Under the pieces are notes generated by a model. The model was not told the DNA's origin. It saw only the letters and a program-made list of their open reading frames with translations, and did not search any database. The position numbers were made by a program, and so were the translations under genes. A DNA stretch of 60,706 nucleotides, the filler included, from Sphacelaria rigidula (taxonomy: Eukaryota), in the NCBI GenBank assembly GCA_964200075.2. It is 7 parts of 7 records of this genome, joined end to end, with 100 filler letters (N's around TTAATTAATTAA, not from the genome) between each part and the next. Parts side by side here need not be neighbours in the genome. Positions count along the whole stretch, not along the records: positions 1 to 8,588 come from CAXNAA020010686.1; positions 8,689 to 17,276 come from CAXNAA020010687.1; 5 more parts are not named here. One strand, 5' to 3'. How positions within the stretch are numbered: position 1 is the stretch's first letter; every line of letters starts with the position of its first letter. Below are positions 1 to 10,897 of this stretch, in pieces.

Positions 1-1498
1 CGTGCAAGAGAGATATGCCACTTCAGCCTCATATTTTGTATGAACCCCAAAAAATAAAATCGGCTGTTATTGATATATTGATAACACAATATATACGACG
101 ACCTGTATCTCGTCGTGCTGTGATCTTGCTCGTACAATACATATATATATATATATACTAACTACCCTACGCATCGACATTTGAGCGGGCAATATATGTT
201 TTATATTGTATGATCCAGTGTGATATATATATATATATGTGTATATATGTGTCGACCTGTCTCTCGGGCCGTTATATGGCTCGGCAATACATATATTGAA
301 CATGCGATACGTCGACATCTTGGGCGGGGAAGATATTCGAAGTATTACTGATTGTATTGTCCGGGTGTGAACGTGTAACAAGATTTTCGTGAGATTGATA
401 GTTGGGTGCGGATTGAGAGTGGCTTTGATCATTCCATTTAACTTAGCCAAGTTTTCATCCGTGTGTGTTTTTCGTCGTCTCATCCCTGCCACGTGCTTAC
501 AGCTACACGTTGATATCCTCCTCAGGGGTAGCGAGGGCTTCAGTGGCAAGCTGCTACAGAGAGAATATTGGGCCTGGTGCAGGTGCATTTCGGAACTGAA
601 ACGACTTATTCACTAATTGACCGCTTTTCAATCTCAATCGCACCTTCAACTCTCAATTCCACGAAAACGTTGTTGTATTTGGTTCCCTCGTTACTGTGCT
701 TGTACCGCATGATCAACTGTTTGCAGGTGTGACGCACATCTATATTCGCTGTTAGTTGCAGGTACCGTCGTTCGGATCTCCTCCCCTACGACGAGGCGTT
801 AAAACGATTGCGTTCAAGCATTACACCATCCCCTTGCTCGATCATATCTTGCGGAATCCGATAGTGGCAGTTTTCGTGCATAATCCCCTAGGTTCGTGTG
901 CGAGAGAGGACCAGGTAGCTGCGTACTGTAAAATCTGACCTGACAAATTGAGGATGGATTCGTATTTGGATGAACCTCGAGAACCTTCGTAAGAATCGCA
1001 ATGTTATCGAAAATTATTCTCGAATAAAAATGCAAGTGTATTTCCCGATCTTGATGCGTGGCGTCGCTCATCCCGAAACACGAATCCATTCTCATTTTAC
1101 GAAATTCCGTGTCAACAGGGGGTTCTGACAAGTAGGAGTTTTTTCGCACGGGGGAATGACCAGAGGTCGACATTGTTCGGTATCGAAACGGGGGTTTCGA
1201 AAATGCGGATTGGTTCTCCGTTGCTTTTAGGGTGAGCAAGGGCACACATCGCGGCCGCAAAGTGTATTTTCATATCTATTTTGAATATGCTTCGATGCTT
1301 TTGAGCAATGTCACGCACAGCGTCCTCAGGGGATGAGCAGCCGCAGCTCGGGCTTTGTGTTACTAGTTTGCGGGGGCGAAGCGTCAGGCTCACGTTTGAC
1401 GATGTTGCGTTTTATGCCAAGCCTCTGCATGTGTCTCTTTCAACGGGACACTCATGTTGCCGTTAGAGGTGCGCACAAAATAATTTTTGCAGAAGTAG

Positions 1499-1615
1499 CT
1501 TCATTCTTCTTCTTTTTCTTCTTCTTCTTCTTCTCCTTCTTAATGTTATTATTATTCTTATCATCATTCTTCTTCTTTTTTTCTTTTTTTCTTTTTTTCT
1601 TTCTTCTTTTTTCTT

Positions 1616-1647
<32 letters not shown>

Positions 1648-1670
1648 TTCCTTTTATTCTTCGTCTTCCA
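1499..1670. repeat. Low-complexity (TTC)n / poly-T tract
   Basis: Run of ttc and t directly visible; it produces the spurious poly-F and poly-K ORFs. Confidence 0.95.
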
Positions 1671-1724
1671 TCTCCCTCGAGTTCTGGTCAAGTAGCATCA
1701 TTACGGAAACACAACAGACCGGGC

Positions 1725-2870
1725 GTACGGAACCAAACAGAAATCGACAGTTTAACGTTCTTTTTGAAAAGCAACGGGTATAAAACGGTTTGCAGGTGGG
1801 AAAACGGGGATTTTTCACGCAGGAGAAACTCTCTGTTCCCCAAGGAGAGTAACATGCACTCGCCAAACCTCTGTCGTCGTTCTTTCATACCTGGGGGGGG
1901 GGGGGGGGAGCAACAGTACCTTATATAAAATAAGTTTTTATATACATTTGNNNNNNNNNNCCTCTGTCATCCGCGTCCGTGGTCGGGGGGGGGGGGGGGG
2001 TGGGCAGTAAGGCTGGCTCTAAGCCACAGTTCCTCAAGTAACAAGAGTCATTTCAATCATGTGGACGTAGTTTAGAAAATCGAACTCTTTTGTTTCTAAA
2101 AAAGCTGTTCCGAAATTCGGTACATAACATGTTGTTATTATGGTGGGTGGCCTCTCTGCAGACGGGAGTCAGTAGAGTAGAGCAACTAAAGCTCCAGGTT
2201 GCAGCATTGATGCACCTCTTGTAGACAACGCTAGCAATAGTGAGCTCACCACCAAAAGTATCTTTTTCACTCCGCATGTCAAGAAGATCTTCACAAGTCT
2301 TTAGTCTCTCTCTCACACACACCCCAACTGGCCTGTGGCACACTCTTATGGTCGGGCGCCTAGATGGTCACAAGTCGGGTAAAATCAACGATGAATAACA
2401 CCCCGCAAGTTCAAGGTGGATATTATGTTATCTTTGCCGCAGCGCATCGTCCTTGCTGGCATGTGTGTGGAAAAGAACAGTAGTAGCGGTGACGGGGACA
2501 GTGCCATGTTTTTCAACGACATGCTTTTCAGCGCACGGAGGCCCGTCCTGTACAAAAAGAGAGGCAGAGAGAAATCGATATTCGCACTGGTGAGGTCCAC
2601 AGGCAAGAAAAGACGAAATCTCTCCGCAGCTCGATTATCTTTGGGGGACTGAGCGCAGCAACATCATAACATGCCTGCCGGCACATGAAAAATTGGGTAC
2701 GTGCTGATAATATCGATGATGCCAGTCTCTCGAGCGACTAGTAATCACCGAGCGAGGACACACAAAGGACACGGACGAGGAGCTTCCTCGCTGTCGTTGC
2801 TTTTCTCTGGTGATATCGCCATCGACACGCGTGTACACCGCGTTCGTTGGGTGCACCTAGCCAACACTAA
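1725..2870 (+). mobile_element. Dispersed repeat, copy 1 (degenerate non-coding transposon-like sequence)
   Basis: Colinear similarity to block 2: ~1735-1890 matches ~9087-9238, ~2075-2195 matches ~9307-9418, ~2375-2870 matches ~10055-10535. Confidence 0.75.
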
Positions 2871-5800
2871 TTCACTGCTGTTGAGTTTTGGGGGGAAATA
2901 TGGTTTCGCTCTGTGTAAGTGTTTCGCGTCATCCCTGCCAAAGAGATATGCTACTTGAACGTCATTTTTTAAATCGACCCCATTTTCCAGGATCCACTTT
3001 TATTAGCTGCCAGCTCTGCTCTTCTCCGCTGCAAGGTCTTCTTCGAAGTTGACCTTCTGACGCTCTCATCTGTCCTCACCAGCGTCCATGGCCAACCCGA
3101 TCGCCCATCCTCGCCGGTGTCCATGATCCCAAACAGGGCCCTGAACCAGTCCACACACCGATACACGCTTCTTTGTATCAAGGGTGTGTGTGCCAGCTTT
3201 TGATAGCGGTGTCATCTGTCTCCGAGCACACACCGTATCCGGACATGCCCGCACTCAGGGTATTGACACATTATACTGCTTATAACGCAGGGTTTGCCCG
3301 CATTAAGGGTGTGACATAGTTCATCGCTGCACTACAACAGGGGTGGATGTGCCTGATGAGCACCGTACTAACCCACCTCTAGTCTACTACCACACCACCG
3401 CCTTGGCCAAGGGTAGTAGTGAAAACGGATCACTCCTTCAAGATGAATCCGGCCCTACACCCGCCGAAAATACCTTGCCCACACCGTACCGATAAGACCA
3501 GTCATGGCCTTTGTTGGAGGACGGGAAACGGAGAACAGGAAGTGTTTTATTATTCTTGAAACAAGTTTCACAAACGTGAAGGTGGGACACTGTTTTTTTT
3601 GGGGGGGTGATGTCGCAGCGAACATCAACAGGTCGCTTTTGTCAATAATGATGTTTTGAAAATCGATGATCATTTCCGGTAACAACTCAACTGACTACAT
3701 GCCAAGTGGAAATAGATTATTTGTGCCATGCTTCAAATAGCTGCCTATACCTTTCAAACGGAAACATCTCCGCACACATTCCCAATGGACCTCTGTAGAC
3801 ATTTACCGATCTCTTCGACTGATTGTGGTTGATACAATCAAGCGGTTCTATTTTGTTCATGCCCTTCACCTGCTTTTCACAAAGCATAGTGACGTTCGTG
3901 AAACATCTTATTATACTGCGACGATAGTAGAACACCACTAGCATGATGATGGAATTTCCCTCCCTGTGTAGCTTGTGCTCGCCAACTCGGAGCCATGATC
4001 TCCTGCGGTCGAATCGACGGTCACATGGCCGTAGCGATGGGCGCATAGACTCGAAGCGATGACCCCGAAGTGTTTTTGTTTTCCAAACGGGTCTCAGATT
4101 CAACACTTGCGCTGATGCTGGTTGCTACTCCGGCTCCCACGGTTCCTCCACGAAAGACTCCCCACAGCGTTCGCCACGTTGAATCGAGGCTTACAAACCT
4201 TACGAGAATATCCGACCGAGGATACACCCGCAGTTAGCTGCAAAGATTGCAAGGTCAGGCAAATAATGATTCGTCTGGAAATTACTTGGCTTTAGTATGA
4301 TGAGTCGACTCGTGACGAGTCAATCCCTCGGCTTCATTTCAGCGCTGCAACCCAGGTACACCCAGCCCAGACACGTGGAATGGCGCAAACGTTGCGTGGA
4401 TACCCCTTGGACCAGCGATCATTTTTTCTCCCTTTTGGGCAATCAAGCCGAAGAAATCGTGAATTTATTTGGTGATTTTGAGTCGTGAAGATTTGTCCTG
4501 ACCGTGGAAGATTGATGCTGGTGCTCTGAGCATCCACGCAGGCACACCGGGCCATGGACAAGATCGTTAGAGAGATGTCGCTTGAGGGCAAGAAAAGCTC
4601 ATGAGCAATAAACGGTGTAGAACTCAGGGACCGGAGAAGAGTGATGGTGTGCGCCTCGCATCATGGTATAAGTGACCTTGATCCCCGTTCAAGTGGATGG
4701 ATCGTTTTTCCTGTGCACCCTTTGCGATAGAACCGAAGATTCGGGCAAACCTCAAAACCTGGTAGGCCCCAGTCGGGCCGCTATGAGATTCCCGAATTGT
4801 CCTAAGAGACGCTACCAGATTCCCCTACCTGCATGCTACCGCCCAAGCTTGCCTGTACTACTACACTTGCCTATTTAGCATTGATCCTGGATGTAGGCCA
4901 TTGAACGCCAGCTCCTCAACAGTCACGGATCAAACTCCAGGTCCCCGTTTGTGATGCGCGGAAATGGTTTGGTGGCCCAAGTGACCCAACATGAGCTTCT
5001 TGGTTGGCCCGATCTCGTAGGTATCTGCACGCAAAAAAATGTTACGCACTTCTCGTCGCTGTGTTGCCAGCAGAAACATAGCCGTGATAACAAAGGGATC
5101 CATCCCTCTACCCTATGGAGGCTTTCTAGTACTTCGTAAATAGATATCCTCGTTCACGCCAGAGTAGAAACTTTGACCGAGTTGCGCTTCGAAATATTCG
5201 GTATTCAGCATGTGTGCATACCAAAGACCAAGATGACTTGGAACGACGGGGAAAACAGAGTATATGACACAACTAGAATGAGAAAGACTCCATCCACGAT
5301 CAACGCTCACTCGTAGGGCCTTTGTGGCCCGTAGGAATAAGAGAGTTGATGATGTCCCAACAGCAGTTGTCCTTAGCTACGAGGCCAAATCGGCGACTAT
5401 CCACAGGACATCGACCGAACATAAGTGAGACGACGTAGCTCTGATAACCTCATGCCGTCGTAGTACGAGACAAAAACTACCGCAATTTCGTCGGTATTGG
5501 CTGATGGACCGGGAAGAAGAAAAAAAGAATGCTAAATATACACGTAAAGCTCTAGTGCAGCCCTGACCAGTAACCTGAGCTCATCAAACCTGAACAACGC
5601 AATCCAGCACTGCTTTGCGGAAGAAACTCGGAATGACGCCCGCCCAACATTGGAGACCATTTCTCCAAAACCAACCTGCAAAGAACTTACGATTCCACTT
5701 CCAAATATTACAGTCGAGCCTGCGCTGTGCAGAAAGCAGGATGTATTTCAGGTAGCAAAAGCTCAACTGGCCCGTAGTCTGCAAATAAATGGTGGTCGAC

Positions 5801-8588
5801 AATTCCGTATCTAACATACGCCGGGATTCGCCAGCGCGAGCTTTTCCTTACCCCTTGATATTTGCCACATCCCACGAAACGCGTCCAGATTAGCATATCC
5901 CACCTGCCCAACATGTTCATCCCGTAGTTGCCTCGAGTGAATTAGCTAAATCATATTTATTCAGTGTGGTCTGCTGTGATTTGGTTGCCCAACCTCTTCA
6001 TTCAGTTGTGATGTACACGCTAGGTCTCTATCCCGTACTTGTCTAGACCCACCTAGTTGCCTGACACTTTCATCGGCAAGCACCTTCAGCCAACTAGTTT
6101 CACGCGATTCTTGTTCAGTGGTTGTCTGCGGGCAACTAGCTAGTAATTGTCGCCGTCCAAAGTGTGAAATATGGATACTGAAGAAGCTAACCAACAAACG
6201 CAGGGAAAGCATATATACTATATATATACCCTAGACTCAACTTCTTCTCATCGGCATCGATCGCGCGATGCTCTCCCTCAACCCTTATTTTGCGTCTTTC
6301 AAAAATCGCGCTCACTTTTCCCAAATTTGGAAAAATGCCGAGGTCTCGCTGGGACGTAGAATGTCGAAGGCAGGGTGGTTGCGGTTCAAGGAGGCATGGA
6401 AATCACAGCACCGTATGTATTCTTGAATCGGTTTCTCGAACGATGTCTTATTTTGCCATAATACACTGGAGACACCTCTGTGGGTAGGATCAGTCAATCG
6501 CTCACAACGAAATTCAAGGGTCAACCATTTCACATCACATCGAATCCTGAAGAGAACACAGTGCAATGCGCACATATATATGATGAGGAGTGAATGAGGT
6601 GTACCTGTTCTCATTTTCACGCTGTTGCTACACATGAAAAAAGCCTGTGACTGGTGAGGAGTACTGGATCACTGTGAATGACCCATGCGTTTCTTCGTTC
6701 ATGAAAAAGTGGGGCATTGATACCCTGCTGCATCATGCAGGCTACCTCTACTGACTTTTTTACCACGGAGCAATTTTAGAGCCAAAGAAAGAGGCGCTAT
6801 TATTCCGGGCTTCCCCCAAGTAAATTGGCACAAAATCCTGAGGGATCTTGCAGGTGGTCGGGAGGAATTGCTCTCTGGCGTGTACTTTGTGCTCTCGTGT
6901 TGCATCGTGTCGCGCCGTAATCGATACAACAATGATTCCTATCGTGACACATTGTGTGATCCCCTCGTTCGCCCTTTCTCGTCAGGTGGCTTCATTTGAT
7001 GCTTATACTGATGCACGTTTTTGGGTTCTCCACAGTAGCCGCTGTCACGTGGAGCTACCTCATGCGCCACCCGTCCGACAACAAGTGCTTCGCCGCATAT
7101 ACGTGGCTCTACATCTCCGGTCTAATGTTTGAGGTGCAGAGGAGTGACCCACATAGTGAAAATATGCTGTTTTGTTTTACTGTTATAATGCTTGCAGCGG
7201 TATCTCGACCTTGCGCGTAGTTGCTACTGCCACCTCCACTCTTCTTCTCTGTAGTTAGCATGTGCACTATCCACCTCTTGAGGTATATCTCACCGTTGAA
7301 ATAATGGCGGGGTGTAGCTGCTTTGTGCACCAAACAACCACTTCGGAGAGGGGCACTGCTCGAGAGACGGATCGGAACTCGACCGTGAATCTCATCGTGT
7401 GCCAAGAATGCAAACGAGGAAATAATGGACGAATGCAAATCCATGGCCTATTTTGCATTCAATCCTATACTCCCGGAAATGCACCGTCGTGCGTGCAGTA
7501 AGTTGTGCACGCCAGGACATTCGGCGACAGCCGTGACTTGGTATCCCTACCATCCATTATTTACGCAGTATTCTGTAGGCATAGGCAAGTATTAGTATGT
7601 CGCTTCATCTTCAGCCAATATGTTGGTGATGTTTGCACACTCGATACGGAGTTCGTGCTTCTGATGAAGCTACGATGCGGTGACGAGGGCAGGTTGTTTA
7701 GCGACGTGGTGCTACGGAGTGTTTTCCAGGTAAGAAAAACGTACTTCGGTGAATTTTCAAGGAAAAAACATTGTGAGCAACGCCGAAGGGGAATCACCCA
7801 CTGACCACGAAAGTAGCCCGTGTATTTATGATGATATCTAGCCTGGAAGCGTCATGCTTGTGGGCAAATGCTCCACCAGTTGCTGGCATTCGTTTTGAAG
7901 TAATTTGAGTTAAAATGCTTGTAGCGACCTTCCCGTTCCCGCCGATCTCTCTGATGATGCAACCGTCTCCCCCAGTCCGCTCTGATTTTATTTCTTCTGG
8001 CCAAGACACGTGTCACGAAGATTCCCGGGTCGAAGAAGGCATGCTGGGAACGCGCTATTCCACCGTTCTGCCATCTGTTCGCCGTGGTGTACAAGTGAGG
8101 TTACGTTCGCATCTTTCTGTGTCAAGAACGAAGACGTATCGCACCGGGGCTGGTACCACGTTGTTCAACCAGGAATCTCGAGGCAAACCCTCGCCCAGGT
8201 CTCATCATTGGGTTACAGTACTTTTTCACTCATGACTGCCCTTGCTAGCACAAAAACAACAACAGGCGAGGATTACAAGATGGAACTGACCGAAAGAATG
8301 GTCCATTATTCACTCGACTACAGATGAATGCGAGATTCTTGGCTGACACTAAATCTGATTCACCCGTGTCGTTTTTTATTGGTTGTTGATTTTGTCTTTG
8401 GTCGGTAGTTCTGCGATGCTCCCTGATGTGTGTATGTACCTTCTCTACTGTACTTTGTCCTTCGGGTCTCACCACATCTAACAGCCGATTTGAATTTTTT
8501 GGGGTTCAACACTAAAATGGGGCTGAAGTCGCAATTTTCTCTTGCAGGGAAGATACGAAAGAGGAACACAGAGCGAAAGTATCTTCCC

Positions 8589-8688
8589 NNNNNNNNNNNN
8601 NNNNNNNNNNNNNNNNNNNNNNNNNNNNNNNNTTAATTAATTAANNNNNNNNNNNNNNNNNNNNNNNNNNNNNNNNNNNNNNNNNNNN
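8589..8688. other. Artificial 100-nt spacer (N44-TTAATTAATTAA-N44)
   Basis: Identical spacers at 8589-8688, 17277-17376, 25964-26063, 34650-34749, 43336-43435 and 52022-52121, evenly spaced about 8687 bp apart. Confidence 0.97.
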
Positions 8689-8750
8689 AGCACTGTTTTA
8701 GGCTTGAACCTCATCTCAAAGTTAAACCTCAATTCGCACAATTTGTTGTT

Positions 8751-9304
8751 AACTGCTTTCACACAATCCAAAGGACTCTCAAGACCTGAGGGAAGGTGGC
8801 TGCTTTGGGTCCGGTCAAACGTGCGAAGATACCGTCTGATAGCAAAATATCAAACTTTGCTGGGATTGACACGAGTCAGTCTGTGGAGAACGGAACAGAA
8901 ATCGACAAGTTAACGTTCTTACTAGAAAACAATGCGCATGAAACGGTTTGCAGGTGGGAAAACACGGATTTTTATGGCTGAGGAAAGGTGGCTGCTTTGG
9001 GTCCGGTCAAACGTGCGAAGATACCGTCTGATAGCAAAATATCAAACTTTGCTGGGAATGACACGAGTCAGTCCGTGGAGAACAGGACAGAAATCGACAA
9101 GTTAACGTTCTTACTAGAAAACAATGCGCATGAAACGGTTTGCAGGTAGGAAAACACGGATTTTTATGGAGAAGAAACTCTCTGTGCCTCCGCCTACATG
9201 TGCTTGCAAAACCTCTGTCGTCGTTCTTAAATACCTAGCGGGGGAAAGGGGAAGCCACCCTTCCCTCAGGTCTTGAGAGTCCTTTGGATTGTGTGAAAGC
9301 AGTT
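8751..9304. mobile_element. Segment bounded by ~46-bp inverted repeats, containing a 192-bp tandem duplication
   Basis: aactgctttcacacaatccaaaggactctcaagacctgagggaagg (8751-8796) has its reverse complement at 9259-9304; 8786-8977 is repeated at 8978-9169. Confidence 0.8.
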
Positions 9305-10560
9305 GAGAAAATCGAACTGTTCAGTGTGTACAGCTGCTGCGAAATTCGGTGCATGCATGTTGTTACAGTGACCTCTGTGCAGACGACAGTCAGTACAGTA
9401 GAGCAACGAAAGCTAGCTATGATCGGGTTTGCCTGCCGTACTGCCGATAGCGTTGCTTGAAAGCCACAAAACCTTTGCGGTCGGCGGTTGATGGCATGGG
9501 TGTCAAATGCGACGACAGGGGGTTGATCATAGAGCACTCTTGTTCCTCGTAGATATCTCGTCTCAGCTTGTAATACATGACCTCCTCACATCGAAATTAA
9601 TGCTGGAAAGCTACTGTATCGAGGTGTTCACGCAGCCAGTGTGTGCTCCAGCTTGCAGCATGGACGCATCCCTTTGCACCACACTATTGTAAATTGATGC
9701 TAATCTCTGCGGCGATTGGGAATCGTCGAACGAGGACACACGGAGGACACCGGCGAAGAGCCCCCTCTCTGCCGTTGCTCCTCTGGTGATGTCGTCATCG
9801 ACGTGCGTGCACGGCATTCAGTTGGTGCACGTAACCACACCGGCGTGACTGCAACAGAAACTCTGCTTGTGAAGACTATTTCCCGTGGTGATACTATTTG
9901 GCGTGAATTCTCGATTTTTGTAATTGGCGTTAAACCCTCATTTTTGTGTTCAACCCCAAAGTTTAGAATCGGCTATTACGAGTGTTTGACCTGTCTTACA
10001 TTCCCCTAACTAGGGTATGACAGACTCTTGTTCTTGTTGTGGACACACAGGTGCAGAGGTCGAGTAAATTCGACCATGACAATATCACACCCCCTAAGTT
10101 GCGGTTATTAGATCTTGCCGCAAGGGCGAGGCCGTCTCCGCTCGCATGTGTGTGAGAGAGAACAAAACATTGGCGGGGACGGGAACGTCGCCCTGCTTTT
10201 CGGCGACGTATTCTGCAGCGCACAGAGGTGCGTCCCGTCCAAACAAAGAGCTAGAGAGGAATCGATATTTGCATTGGTCAGCACCACAGACAAGAAAAGA
10301 CGACAACCCTCGGATTCCCGATCTTCTGGGAGCCGTGCAGCAATCACCTGCCGGCACATGGCAACTTGGTTATGCGCTGGTAAAATATTTTCAATTTCTC
10401 CAGCGATTGGGAATCGCCGAACAGGGATACACAAAGGACACGGGCGAGGAGCTTCCTCACCGCCGTTGCTACTCCGGTGGTATCGTCATCGACACGCGTG
10501 TGCACCATATTCATCCGGTGCACCTAGCCGCACCTGCTTAACGGCTTCAGAAATTTATTC
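9087..10560 (+). mobile_element. Dispersed repeat, copy 2 (same family as 1725-2870), with internal partial duplication
   Basis: Colinear similarity with 1735-2870; ~9715-9850 also resembles ~10405-10545. Confidence 0.7.
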
Positions 10561-10604
10561 TCGAAGATGCTTTCCCTAGGCAATTCTGTTTTTCACGAAA
10601 CCTG

Positions 10605-10897
10605 CACGGGTGGCCACTAGGGTCTGTAACCTGGCCATTTTGGGACCTTATCCACATTTCGTAAGGTCCGCGGATTAGGTGGACAATTGAAGACCATTCG
10701 CACAGCATGGACAGGTTCGAAACAAAACATGTTCCAGCCTACAGGGGAGTCACCCGCCTATAGACTGGGACATGTTTTGTTTCGATCCTGTCCATGCTGT
10801 GCGAATACTCCTCAGTTGTCTACCCAATCCGCGGACCTTACCAAAGGTGGATAAGGTCCCGGAATGGCCAGGTTACAGACCCCAATGGCCACCCGCG
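10605..10897. mobile_element. Near-perfect palindromic foldback/MITE (~290 bp)
   Basis: Left arm cgggtggccactagggtctgtaacctggccatt...gaaacaaaacatgt mirrors right arm acatgttttgtttc...aatggccaggttacagaccccaatggccacccg; centre ~10751. Confidence 0.9.

Noticed and set aside
1333-1695. Poly-Phe and poly-Lys ORFs
   Set aside because: Produced by the TTC/T low-complexity tract; no other coding signal.
7267-7458. Third SET-like motif (VVVWCTKQLHPAIISTVRY)
   Set aside because: Lacks the GEE and NHS residues; indistinguishable from chance.
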